Source: Leucoraja ocellata (Eukaryota). Taken from it: 64,000 bases of DNA. The stretch covers positions 558,001 to 622,000 of the forward strand of contig JAWMAR010000603.1 in assembly GCA_036785375.1 (NCBI GenBank). The letters are read 5' to 3'. The position numbers and the translations under genes were made by a program. Of the stretch, positions 51,142 through 64,000 are shown piece after piece (the stretch's first letter is position 1; every line of letters begins with the position of its first letter). Below the pieces are notes generated by a model. The model had not been told where the DNA came from, searched no databases, and saw only the letters and a list, made by a program, of their open reading frames with translations.

Positions 51142-52892
51142 CCCCTTCACTCCACCATGATTTGACATTGTTTTAAATTCATGGTCAATTTGACTTTATT
51201 TTGTTTCAATGCTGATGTGCCACCCTTCCCAGACCATTTTTGCCTTAACTCAACAATTTATTTAAAATGGCCCATGCTCATTAGGTTTACAATCGTGTGT
51301 CCTGCTCCAAATTGAATAACAGGGCACTTTTCCACATTAAAGTCCATTAAGTATTACTTTGCTCTTTTGTTTATAGCGGTTCCTTTTCCCATTATTAGAC
51401 TTTCCTACGCCAGTTTCCAAGCACTATCATTTGATGTCATTAACGATTTGTTTAAACATGTTACTGTACTGCGCTCTGTCATATATGATGTGTAAACAGA
51501 GAACGCTAGGAACAAACCCTGGTGCAACTGTTTACAGAGGAGGCCTCCATTTATCAGCGCTCTCTACTTTCTAATTCAACACTAATTTGTTCTCAATTCT
51601 TTGCACCATTATCTACTTCAAATGCCTCAAGTATGGAGCTTGCATGTCACTGCTGTTTGACAGCATAGTGGTAGTCTCTTCACCTCTGTAATAATATTTG
51701 CATAATACTCAGATTAGAGTCAGCAAACACCTGGGATCATTATGTTCAGTGCAGCTTCTGGAGTTCAAGAGGTCACCGCATAAATTAGTTAAGCGCAGAA
51801 CTGGATTGAACCAGTTCTCAAGATACTGCATTAAAATTGCGTGTTCTGTGAAGCAGAAATAAGGAACCCACCGGGTAGAAACAGTGACAACATCACTACA
51901 TGCCTCTCACATGCCTGCCTAATGTTTTACTATAATGTGCGAGTCTTCAGGCAGCACGTTCAAACAGCAGAGAACTCACTCAACAAACATTCTCTGGGGA
52001 ATAAATGATGTCTAGAAGCACTGTACCAGAAAGTCGCACAGCCAGTGGGTTTGAATTACATTAGATGGAAGAGTGAAACTTAGGCGGTTTATTGTCATCA
52101 AGTTCTTGACTGATCTTGTCTTGACTGCTCAGATCGTGTTTACCTTAAGATCATGTATGGTTGGTACAACAAGCTTAACCTTAACTCTCCTTCCTCACAT
52201 TTGATTTAGTCTAAACATGGTTATAGTCAAATGCTAGATTTGCATTGCAGATGCAGATCTGATAACAAAGGCATCCCCAATACATAGTTTCAGTGGTGCA
52301 ATCTGCAGCATCAATGCAATTTACCAGACACCAACATAGTGTCAAATTTTAATCCTTGTTAATGGCATTGCAGGATTTTTCCATGTCATGTGAGGGTTAA
52401 CAACAGCAAATTCTTGTTAATACAGTGCAGCAAGTGCCAGCAATAACATTTTTAGATGTGTTTGATGGTGTGAGGCCAAACTCAGTGCAGTACTGATAAT
52501 TTACATTTTATTATTAGAGATTTTAATTACAAGCTTTCATCCCAAAAGATCTGAGAGTGCCCAGATGTTGCCTGCCAATTCAGAAATCTGTACGTGTTAG
52601 TCTATGCATTTGGTGCGATTAGGCACGTGCACGCTCTGTGCAGCACGTGACTTTTCCTTTATACAGCTGCAACCATAATCCAAATCAGTGATGGAAGAAA
52701 GGACCCAGTGCAAAGCTGCCTGATGATCTTATTTTGGACTCATTCTGTAGTCCAAGATACAGGGCTTTTGATCATCTGTATTCTGGATTGTAGTTGGACT
52801 ATGCTTCTTGAAGTTATCCATCACAGGCAACGGATGTTTCTGATTCTACATCCTGATTGCCCTTTGAACTGACCAGGCCATTTCAGAGGGCA

Positions 52893-53120
52893 AACAAACC
52901 CCACAAAGTGCTGGAGTACTACAGCGGGTCAGGCAGCATCAATGGAGGATATGTATAGATGATGTTTTGGGTTGGGACCCTTCTTTGGAGTCTGAAGAAG
53001 GGTCCCAACCTGAAACATCACTTATCCATGTCCTCCAAAGATGCTGCCTGACCTGATAAATTATTCCAGCACTTTGACTGTTTTTTGTAAACCAACATCT
53101 GCAGTTCATTGTTTTTCCCT
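52893..53120. mobile_element. Older fold-back Penelope terminal-repeat insert
   Basis: Inverted arms meeting near 52988; degenerate flanks TTTCAGAGGGCA and TTCCAGAAGGCA. Confidence 0.75.
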
Positions 53121-54544
53121 TCCAGAAGGCAGTTGGGATTGAACCACGTTGCTGGGTTTACATTTGCTAATGTGGATCGGCAAGAAAGCAGCCTTCCTTC
53201 CTTCCTTCCTTGAAGGGTTCAGTGAACCAGATGGGATTTTACAACAACCCAGTACTTCCAAAGCCACCATTATTGTTACTAACTTTACATTTCAAAATAT
53301 ATTTATTTACTTGAATTTAAATTTTCCAGCTGTTATTGTGGGATTTGTACTTCTGTTTCTGGACCAATAGTCCAGGCCTTTGGATCCAATCCAGTAACTT
53401 ATCCATTATATTCCTGTATCCAGAGCAGCTGCACAAATGTGAGAAACAGTGCTGTGGCCGACAGAACTGTTTAATCCCTAGAAATGGGAGTTTTTTTAAC
53501 CAATTTACTGCAAAGGGATATAGTATGGAAATGCGAAGTTTGATTTTATGAAAATAGCTGCACTTAAACTACCTTCCATAAAAAATATAGGCTTTTTAAC
53601 ATGCCAGATAAAGATTATTTGAACTGGCAAGATGGACTGAAAACATTGTGCATGGTGATTTGTACAGAAACACAGTGAGTGTGAAATTCAGCACTCTGCA
53701 GGTGATCTAATTTCTATGACTGGAATTGAAACGAGCAGAATTCCGTTATATATTTTAACTGCATTTTGTGCTTTCAGTAATTAACTTCCCAATGCATTTA
53801 AATCCAGCAATAACAAGAGGAGAACAGATAATACAATCCTTGGTTCTGCTTTATTTTCCATGCAAAATTGGGAAATTAGAAAATAAAACTGAATAGGATT
53901 GTATTACAAATCACAATTTCAGTGTTGCATTTCTGCTGAGCTATGCGAGGCAGGTGTGGTTGTTATATAATTGGCATCTGCAGCTCACCTGCCCATCACC
54001 AGACGGAACAGTGCTGACCTGGGCTCAACCAACTGGAGACGCATTAGAAATACAAACTACGTTGTGCCGGACAAGGCATCAATCCTGGGTCCATGCTATT
54101 ATACAAATTGCATCACCAATTAAAAAAAAATTGTTTTGGATGTTTAAAAATAAATCTTGTGACTCACTTTCCTGGAAAGATGCTGGTGGCTGATGCATTT
54201 AAGAAGCTTCTAGACAAATACGTAAATCCCTAGAAATGGGAATTTTTTAAACCAATTTACTGCAGAAGGAATACTTGAATTGCTAAGGCATGGTGGGCTA
54301 CGCACTAAGAGCAAGTAAAACAGATTAGCGTGAATGGGTGCTTGATGGACAGTATGGGCGTAGTGCGCCAAAGGGCCTGTTTTCGTGCTGTATGACACTA
54401 TTCAACTTTATTTAGGATTATGATGATCATTAAAGCAAACCCGATTTTCGCTTCTGTTATCTTCAGATAATATGCTGACCAGATAAAAAGATCACTGATA
54501 CCATGTTCAGCAGGGCAAACTCCCTGCAAAAAGAAGGCTGCTTA

Positions 54545-54695
54545 AGGGTCTTGACCCGAAACAGGTCTGAAGGGTCTCGACCCAAAATGTCACCTTCTCA
54601 TTTTCTCCAGAGATGCTGCCTGGCCCGCTGAATTACTCCAACGTTTTGCAGCTATCTTTGGTGTAATGCAGCAACTGCAGTTCTTTCCTACACAA
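54545..54695 (+). mobile_element. Penelope terminal repeat with tandem hammerhead-like segments
   Basis: AAGGGTCTTGACCCGAAAC is followed directly by AGGTCTGAAGGGTCTCGACCCAAAATGTCACCT and then the rest of the repeat. Confidence 0.75.
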
Positions 54696-56301
54696 TTTGT
54701 CAGCTCTTATCAATTGCTTCATTATCTAATGCCCAGGGATTCATATAGTATATAGAAACTTGTGGATTTAGATAATTCTCTTTGCCCAGATTACGATGGA
54801 GAAACTGGTTAGAGCTTCGAGAAGCCTTCAGTTACTACAGCAAGTTCTACAATCTGAACCTGAGCAGTAAACTAACCAGACCCATGCGTCACTAGATAAA
54901 ATAATTTGCGCCTAAACTGAGCATTTCGCTCAGCCGAATATTGAGGTTGTTGGAATCATGATTGCTGCATTTCCTTGATCCTGCTGGCTGAAGAACTGAA
55001 CTAGGAGGCGCATTAAAATATTATCTACAACTAAGACTAGATTGGCAGAATATTCCTTGGAACATTAGTTGAGAGGAATCAAGGACAACATTATATCAAA
55101 AGACCAGGGCAGGATGGGGACCCATGTCTAGATTGGAACTTTCAATGAAGCTCAGCATCAGGTCAAAGTGGAGCATCTCTCCTCACTTAAGAAATTGCTT
55201 TGTCAGTTTCCAAAGAAACTCTCTTATTAACCAATGGCTGCATTTGGAAACAAAAGCAACTGCAGTCGTCGCAAACTGGAGCAAAAGAACAGTCCAAAGG
55301 CTAGAAAGTGATAGTGATAGATAGAGACAGATGAGGAGAGAGGAAGGAAAGGTCAGATGGAACCAGGTAGGAGGAGGAGAGCGTGAAAGTCAGTGTAAGA
55401 CTGCTGGTTCTTCACTCATTACCTTCCATCCTGTTTGAATGGAGAAGTACACTTTTAAATGCATGTCAGAGAAAAGTAAGACAGCAAAATGAACGCCATG
55501 CGTTAAAAAAGCCATAATTTCTGTGTATGTATCAAGAAATGTAATTTGAATTAAAATGGACAAAATTTGTTGTTTCTTTTGTAATTTGTATTTATTTATT
55601 TCCTCCCTACATAAGTTCCATAAGAGCACTGTATGTATTTTTTATCTCAATTTTTTGGGCAGAGTCATGGATTCCATAAGGGCAAATAGCCATATCCCAA
55701 ATATCTTAACATGGAGGGTTGCCAGCATATCTCTAAGCATTCTATCAAGGGTCCAATCAGACATGTAAACTCTATCTCCACTGGTGCTGCCTGATTCACT
55801 CAGAACGTCCGGTATTTTCTTTCCGTTATTTCTGGATCTGAGTATCTGCAGAACTGTTTGCGATAGAGACAAGTGATGGGCAGGTTGAAGCCGGAAGATA
55901 AACCCCTGGATATGGAGGTGCCAGTGGAGCAGGACCTCAGCTGCCTCACACCCTGATGGTCACTTTTCTTGCAATGTGGTCCCCGGAATCCCCCACCACT
56001 AGAAGCTTAACTCATTGGAAAACCAGTTGCCACGCACACCAGCATAGGACCCGTCTCCCAGTGCCAGTGGCGTGTGGTGCTGACAAATGGGTTTGACAGC
56101 CTGTACACTCCCAGTTGTTAAGATGACTCTTCACATTGAATCTTTCATACTCAAACCATTCAAGAGCTATAAAATATTAAAAAATTGCAAAAATCCAGGA
56201 CGATTATCAACTCACAGATAAAAACTATAATGGCTTTGTTACTAGGGTTAATATTACATATTGTTACCGTTGGCATGAATGCATGGATTAGTTTTCAAAA
56301 A

Positions 56302-57060
56302 CACCAGGTGGCGCCGTAAGTGGCAGCCTCGCCAACAGTCTGTCTTGTCCGCTTCATCTTTTGTTGTTTTTAATCTGTATTCTTTTTTATGTTTTAGTGT
56401 ACCTTTAATTTTTGTATTATATGAGGGGTGCAGAGAAACTTTTTTTAATCTCTTCCCTCGACGGATATGCGACTTTTTCCGTATCGTATCTCCGTACGCA
56501 CTGCGGCCTAACATCGTGGAGCTGGAGGTCCCTTTGTTAGGGATCGACTGCGGGAGCTCCAACCGCAGGAGCTTCGACTGCACCGATCGCGGGAGCTTCG
56601 ATCGCCCCGACCACGGGAGAAAAGGAAGAAAGGTGGTAAAAGTTATTTGCCTTCCATCACAGTGGGGAATGTGATGAAAAAGAAGATGGACGTGCTGCCT
56701 GCACTGGTGAAGGCTTGGAGGGATTGCCGTGAGTGCAGTGATCTCGATGTTTGCATGGATATCATGCCATGAGAATATCACGCCATCTGGTGCGAATGTG
56801 GACGGCTTTCTGACTGTTCAGGCGGACAGTAGAACTCTGGTCACATCATGATGAAGGAGTATGTGTGTGGCCAGGACATTGAACTGATGGCTGTTGGTCT
56901 CCGCTTATGCTGTGTGCCCTAGGGATTCTCAGACGCCGCAGTGGTGGCTGTTTATGTATAATCTTTGTCGTTTTGTATCTTGTTGCTTTTTTGGTATGAC
57001 TGTACAGTAAATCAAATTTCACTGTACCTTGGTACACGTGACAATAAAGGACCAATGAAC
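56302..57060 (+). mobile_element. Non-coding retroelement, same family as 5131-5830
   Basis: Shared head and tail (see 5131). Internal GGAGCTTCGA repeats at 56550-56610. Ends GTGACAATAAAG. Confidence 0.75.
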
Positions 57061-60000
57061 CATATCGATTAAGGTGTTCCTCAGCTAGGGAAATCCGTAC
57101 TGCTATATTGTACAATGCAAATGAGGAAAGATAAGTATTGATGTATGAAAAGGTTTTGTCTAGAGGAATAAATCTTACTGCTTGCTAGGCAGCAGTCAAT
57201 ACCCTTTCTGTGTAACTATACACATTAGCAAGGATGTCCTGTTCATCATAATTTAGCATTTTAGAATGATTTAATATTTCTTCATTTCTGCATTGAATCA
57301 TTTCTTAATTCATCCCACATACCCAGAAGACTTGATCACGCTTACCATTGTAAAAATTATCCGTTTGTATCTCTGGCCCCTTCGCTTGCTCTCATGGTTT
57401 AATTTATAACAATATTCCAGGAAATTATTCCCTTTTTATTGAGACATTGGCCTCCAGAGTATAGTTTCTCAGATGTGCATATGGTTAGAAATATATGCAC
57501 GAGTGCCATGTAACTGGATGGCTGTGTAAAACTCTTTATGGCATCATATGCTTGTGGAGTTTTGTTTTGCATTCATAATAACAACTAAACATGCAAGTGT
57601 GGCCTGATCCTGACATGAAACAGTCGTTGATTAATTGTGCTAGTGTGCCTTAGACCCCTTTCCCCTAATGCATACTACAGCGACTCTAGGTCTCCAAGAG
57701 ATGGTTAACTTTCCATTTAAATAGTTTGAAAGGTTAGTCACGCACTTGGGAATATTCTTCAAATTCGTCTGTTGTATATAAACATTGTATGTGGAATTAA
57801 AGCAAGCAGCTTTAGCTTCTCACATTTCTAACAGCCATGCACCAGTATCGCAAAACTTAGAAATCGGCATGATTTTGCATTGAAATAATAATTTAACTCT
57901 CATAGGCATATGACAGCTCAGTAAAGGAAATGAAAAACCTTGTGCCTCAGGCTGGAGCCAAGGCAACATTTGAGAATAGAATGATAATTATCTAATTTCT
58001 GGTGGCTTAAAGGTGAGATTGACTACACAAAATAGAACAGATCCTGTTCTTCCCTGCCTCCCATAATTTTATATGCTTCTGACAGGTTTAACCTCTAACA
58101 GTTTCGAACACTCCCGAGAAAACAATCCAAGTTTTTCCAACCTCTCCTTATAGTTAATACCTCTAATTCAGGCAGCTCAGAAGACTAACCACTCAGGTTG
58201 ATGGGGGCAGAATTTGTATATTAGAATTCTACATGTAATAGATAAAATCCAAGTTGATGTCAGGCTGGGAGCAAGTCCAACGGCAAGGGTTAATGCCTGA
58301 ACAGCTCTTGATTTATTTCCCTGGCTTCTACTCATTTGATTTATTTTTAAATATTAGACAAGGCGACAAAGAAAATAATTGATGTGTACTTAAGCTGCTG
58401 AATAAAGATCAAAGAACTAGATGAATCAATAAATGGTCCACCAGTTAATGTTGAATTTTGTGTTAAATTCACATAATATAATTTAAGATTTATAAATTAA
58501 AATTTGAATTAATATCAATTAACACAATTTTGCACTGGGACTATGCTATATTTGTAGCATAGATCTATATGCTAAAACACCAATACCATATTTAATCGCA
58601 CACTTGTTTTATATTGTAATCATCAAATATTGCTTGATTACTTAAACAATGTCTGCTTTGCATCAGAATTGTAAAACTCAAATTTCTCCAACTACCTGGA
58701 AGCAAAGCACCTCCTTGAAATCTGGCTGAAAATTGATGGTACTTATCCACATAAGCCAAAGAGTTTGATTGGTGGTGTCTGAAAAAAGTTAACAGCAGAT
58801 TAATTTGTTATTTCAAGAGCATGGAATGGCTGGATTCAGTTGTGCACTCTGGAAAAATGCCCACTGAGCATTTCCACGCACTCTTTACAACTCTATCCCC
58901 ATCCCTCCAGATTCTCCTACTCCCATGCATACAAGGTCATTGACAGTGTGCAATTAACTTAGTTTGGAACATGGGAGGAAGCTGGAGCACCTGGAGATGA
59001 AGAAACAAGGAACTGCAGATGCTAGTTCACAAAAAAAGACAAAATGCTGGAATAACTCGAGGGAGTACTCCATCCCTTTATGTCTTTTTTAACACCTTGC
59101 GATGGGCTGCGTCCCCTGCATCTGGCAGCAGCATAGCTGTTCAAGCTGCTGCTGCATTGGTCCATTGACCAGGATTTGATCTTGAACTTTGATGCTTATT
59201 GGCAAGATGGCATGGTGAGAGAATTTGTGGGGATAAACATTCAAGAGAAAGTAGGCGGCAGAAAAATAAGTGGGGGAATGGGACTGATCGGAATGCTCCG
59301 AGAGGCCAGATGGGCCAATAAACCTTCTTTATGATGTTTGAACTTTTCTTTTTAAATCATCATTGTTATCCAAATTTTTTATTATTTTTTAACCATGTAG
59401 CAGTCAAATATGCGTCATTCAACAATCTTGCCTCTCAGCACCCTGGTTAAGATTCAGCAAGAGATCTGCAACATCATTGATTTCAGTAGGATTCTCAGCC
59501 AGTGAAGCAGGGGCAAAGCAACGGTAATTAGCTTTAGTTTTTTTTTTTAATTTAATGATTTTTCATTTATTTTTGTATTTAAATTAACTGAAAAATTACA
59601 TATTTGAATTAATTTTTATTCTAATAAGTTTCAAATGCTGTGAATGTCAAAAGCATTAAAAAAGTTAAATTATAACTTCCAACTTGTCCTTTGCTTGGGG
59701 TTTGGCTTGGACACTGTGATGGTAGGTCTGGCAGTACATTGCCTGAGGCCTGATCATCAGCAGGACCTTGCAGCCCATCTCTAGGGCCCGGAAGCCAACA
59801 GGATAGCCGTCTGTATCTGGCCCCAGCAAGAGACCAAAGCGTAGATTCTAGCTAGGCAAGTATTTTGCCATTGTTTTAACGGACTTCTTTATGGCTGATT
59901 TTGGTTATAGCGGAAGGAACAACCATCGGCTGCCCACACTGGCACACCTCTACCCTGGGCTCACGCTGCTTCCAGACGGAACCTACCTCCGGAATCACCA

Positions 60001-60182
60001 GCCCCCACAGCTTCCTCACTTGCTTCCAGGCCACAACTGCCTCCAGGCCACAACTGCCTCCACTGCACCTTACCTGCTTTCTGACGCTGACCATTGACTG
60101 CACTGATCAGACCCTCTGCCCTAGCTACCAGCAGCCATGGCCATCAACTCACCTGGATTCCAGACCCAGTTCCGGACTGAGA

Positions 60183-60300
60183 AACTGAAGAAGGGTCTCG
60201 ACTCGAAACGTCACCTATCCATGTTCTCCAGAGAACTGCTGAGTTATTCCAGCACTTTGTGTTTTTTATCTATTAACCAGCAACTGCCGTTGTTTGTTTC
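60183..60300 (+). mobile_element. Penelope terminal repeat, preceded by a C-rich region from about 59900
   Basis: CTGAAGAAGGGTCTCGACTCGAAACGTCACC...GCTGAGTTATTCCAGCAC. Confidence 0.75.
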
Positions 60301-60874
60301 TACTATTTATACAATAACACCATACTCGGTTACAGCAAACAATCGGCAATAATAGACACCCTTCCTCCCCCCCGGTATAACAATGGTTTACTGTACACTG
60401 AAAAACTCAACTGTGGCAATGCATGTTCAGCCTCACCAAGATATCATGTGTAAATGTTGATCATATAAATATAGCCACTGGTTAATTAGATAGATGACTA
60501 GAATGACTTGAATCCACATAAGCAAAGAGATGATATACACCATCAAAATAGTGTTTCATGGTTTGGAGCAGTGTAATTGGGATTCTATTATAGCTATATT
60601 AAGCCAGAAAGCCTAAAGCCAATGTGCAGATTGCTAACTCTTTACACTCTGCATTCAGCTTCTGCACTGCCGGGGATCATGGGAATGGAATTACTGTGGT
60701 TCAACTCGCACTAAAGCATGAGACGAAGGTTCTTTAACCCACTGAATGTTTTTTTTTTTTAGATCACCAGACTTATCAAACTGCTATTAGAGATTCAATA
60801 CGATCTGGGCAGGGTTTTATTTTCAGGTCAGATATGAAGAATGGGATCTTTTGTCATGACACCAGAACAGTGCC

Positions 60875-61820
60875 TGCAAATGCTGGTTTACACCGAAGGT
60901 AGACACAAAATGTGGTGTAACTCAGGCAGCATATCTAGATAGATGGAATGGGTGACGTTTTTGGTCAAGAAACGTCTTCAGACTGAGTCAGGGTAGAGGG
61001 AGACACAGAGATATAGAAGGGTGAGGTATGAAAACGAGATTTCAAAGGTGACGAAGCTCAAGGAAAATGTAGAATAGATCAGCGTTAGCTAGAAGTCGAC
61101 AACGAAGCATACAAAGATAAAATTTAATCAGGACAGTCAGACTATTGGGAGAACAAGGATGGGGGGGGGGGGGCTTAGCGAGAGGTTCTAAGCTGCCCGA
61201 GCGAAATATGAGGGGCTGTTCCAATTTACGTTGAAACAGTAGAAGAGGCCCAGGACAGAAATGTCACGTTGGGAATAAGAGGGGGAGTGTTTAGCAACTG
61301 GGAGATCATGTAGGTTAAGGCGGACTGAGCAGTGGTGTGCTGCGAAATGATCACTGAGCCTGCGTTTGGTCTCGCTGATATATAGCTCACACCTGGAACA
61401 GTAGATGAGATTCAAAGAGGTGCAAGTGAACCTCTGCCTCACCTGAAAGGTCTGTTGGGGTCCTTGGACGGAGTTGAGGGAGGAGGTATAGGGACAGGTG
61501 TTGCATCTCCTGCGGTTGCAGTGGAAAGTACTTGGGGAGGGGGTGGTTTGGGTGGGAGGGATGAGTTAACCAAGAAGTTGCGGAGGGAACGGTGTCTGCG
61601 TAAAGGGGTGGAGTTATGGCTTGTAGTGGGATCCCGATGATGGCAAAATGTCAGAAGATTATGTGCTGTATGCGACAGCTGATGGGGTGAAAGGTGAGGT
61701 CCAGGGGGACTCTGTCCCTTTTGTGACTGGGGGTAGGGGGAGCGAGAGTGGAGCTGCGGGATACCGAGGAGACACTTGTGAGGGCCTCATCAATCATGGA
61801 AGTGGGAACCCCCGTTCCCT
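60875..61820 (-). mobile_element. Decayed Penelope-like element 3' part
   Basis: ORF 61188-61442 reads RQRFTCTSLNLIYCSRCELYISETKRRLSDHF. Colinear with 17757-18735. Confidence 0.88.
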
Positions 61821-61889
61821 ATTAGAAAAGACCCATTCCCCAGGAGGAATGGTTAATAAAGTAATTGAAGGAATGTATAAGATGAGGGA

Positions 61890-62090
61890 GAGATAAGACA
61901 CTACTGGAGTTGGCCGAATATCAAATAACGATGACACTAAGCACAGAAAGGTGATCGAGAACCTTGTAACTTGGTGCCAACAACAGCCTCTCCCCAACAT
62001 CAGCAAGACAAAGGAGATTGTGACCGACTTCAGGAAGCAAAGCAGCACACATACCTTGACGGCACCAAAGTAGAACTGGTCAAAAGCTTG
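61890..62090 (+). mobile_element. Rex1-like RT fragment
   Basis: DTTGVGRISNNDD...LVTWC...NISKTKEIVTDFRK. Confidence 0.7.
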
Positions 62091-62275
62091 AATTCAAACA
62101 AAAAATATCCTATCTGTGCCTCTCAATTTTGTAAACTACAATAACATTTAAAAGACATTTGGACAGGTGCATGGATGGGAAAGATTTAGAGGGCTACGGA
62201 TTTAATGCGAGCAAATGAGATTAGCTCAAATGGGCTTCTTTACCAGCATGGATCTGTTGGGCTGAAAGGCATGTT

Positions 62276-62835
62276 TCTATATTACTAAAACTCTGTTCTT
62301 GACCGGTTTCGGCTTTCTGTGCTGCGGTTTCCGAGAGTACGCCACCGCGTAGGGCCGTCATTTTTGGCCACCTTGCTCAGAGCCCCCCTCCGCCGAGTGT
62401 GTGACGAGGAATTTTCCCTTCGATGAAAATTGAGAGAGATATTAATGTTTTTACAACATTCCCCATTCTCTCTGCTGCCCCTGCTGGAGGGAGGGGGAGC
62501 GGCTATAAAACCAGGAAGTGGTGTGCCTCAATCAGTCTCTGCAAGTGGTGTGCCTCAATCAGTCTCTGCAAGTGGTGTGCCTCAATCAGAGCTTTGAATG
62601 ACACTGACAAATGTCTACAGCACTGTGAGTACCCTTAATTTGGTTTGAAAATGAAAATATGGTTAGAGGTAAAAAAGCACTGCCTGCAAATAGTTGTTTG
62701 GGTTTGGGTTGAAGTAAAAAGGCACTCTCTCTCCCCCCACCCCCCCTCGCTCTCCTCTTCTCTCCCCCCTTCCACTCCCCCCCCCCCCCCCCACACGTTG
62801 GGGGAACAGACCCAACGGGTCTGCACTTGGTCTAG
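62276..62835 (+). mobile_element. Non-autonomous Helitron
   Basis: 5' end TCTATATTACTAAAA. 3' hairpin CAGACCC-AAC-GGGTCTG (62807-62823), followed 8 nt later by CTAG|T. No target duplication. Confidence 0.8.
62516..62589. repeat. 27-bp tandem repeat inside the Helitron
   Basis: AAGTGGTGTGCCTCAATCAGTCTCTGC, about 2.7 copies. Confidence 0.95.
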
Positions 62836-64000
62836 TATTTCTCTATAAATCTGTCAATCCATAAATGATGGGGCCAAAGATACTGCACTTTCAAATACTA
62901 CTGTTGACGTTCTAGAACTGGCATGAATAGCATCCAACAATTTACTTGGTGTCTTCATCACTGAAGAGGAATAGTTACACTAGGGAAGAGTAATAAACAT
63001 TTGATATTAACTTTGAGAGTGTCAGTGCTGCAGTTATGAAGATAGTTCTTAAATTCAAACAAAGCCCACTACAGCATAAATTGAAGTATTCAGTTAAAAG
63101 ACCCGACAGTAGATAAACAAACGTAAACATTTAAATAAATAATTCATAATTCTCAGTAAACAATTATTCTCTTCAGGATAAAAATCTGCTGGAAAAATTA
63201 AATTTAATGCAAGTGCTTGCAAGGTTTGCCAGTGATGTTGCGAGTTTTAAAAGTTAAATTTAATCAAAAATCATCTCATTTCTATACATTAAAGTGAATG
63301 AATTACCTATTTGTACTAATTATCGCACCAACATCACAAGGTGTATGCATCTGTTAAACTGGAGATACATTAGTGGTGGGTTATGGTCATCCTTCAATGT
63401 CCGACCTCTCAACTAACATAATTCTCCAGGGCAGGTTAAAATCCATTCCAGTTGAAAGGCAACTGACAGCTAAGTGAAGGAGTAACAACGCAAAACATAA
63501 CTATAACTTGAAGCTGCTATGGCAATTCCATTTAAATTGTACCAGTTGCCAAATGATTTTAACTGCGCTCTAATAAAAATACTTGCCAATATTAATTTTC
63601 CACATACTTTCCTACCTCACTCACTCAATAAATCCTCGGTTCCTTGTTCTCTGACCCTCCGAGTTAATCCAGCACTGTCTTTTTTTTTTAAATGTTCCAT
63701 TCTTCTCTGTGCACATAATCTTTCCAAACCCCATTGGATCATATTTCAGAACAAATACCACAATCATCTTTGGGCTGATGACACTATGTAAAATTTGCAG
63801 AACTGATTGAAGCACTTCACACTTTTAACATTTATTGCTCAACTGTGAACTATTTAACATAATGATTATAGAAGGTGATTGTTCAAAGTGTTTATGACTG
63901 ACTCTTTCCATCTCTCATACTGCAAGATTAGATCTCAAGGAAAGTGCACAATAGTAGCACCATGTTTTAACTGACAAAACGACGAATTCCAAAAAATGAT

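Noticed and set aside
53671-53710. CACAGTG heptamer as a V(D)J recombination signal (also near 7992 and 56657)
   Set aside because: No ACAAAAACC-like nonamer at 12 or 23 bp and no Ig/TCR segments.
62516-62589. 27-bp direct repeats as a CRISPR-like array
   Set aside because: No spacers; it is a head-to-tail minisatellite in eukaryotic DNA.

Overview
This is vertebrate genomic DNA; the repeat set (CR1/HER1-type LINEs, Penelope-like elements, Deu- and V-domain SINEs) points to a cartilaginous fish, probably a skate or ray (inference). The only host gene I can support is the 5' end of TCF12 (HEB, an E-protein) on the minus strand. It has a CpG-island promoter near 30.9-31.4 kb and three coding exons (30382-30453, 29721-29793, 7321-7394) that splice in frame through canonical GT-AG sites. 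Everything left of about 31 kb is therefore TCF12 intron or exon, and everything to the right is upstream sequence. The rest is mobile DNA: CR1, Rex1-like and Tx1/L1-like LINE fragments, four Penelope GIY-YIG remnants, two Harbinger MITEs, a non-autonomous Helitron and old SINEs. There is also one assembly gap. Best leads: (1) a recurring family of short Penelope terminal-repeat inserts with minimal hammerhead ribozyme cores, many folded back on themselves with 11-17 bp target duplications; (2) a 306-bp non-autonomous RTE element whose 5' end has HDV-ribozyme architecture, nested in a Penelope copy; (3) a non-coding retroelement family with a CTCF motif at its 5' end; (4) covariation in the CR1 3' stem-loop. 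I found no new protein-coding system; most ORFs in the track are repeat-derived or spurious. All family assignments come from recognition, not database searches.
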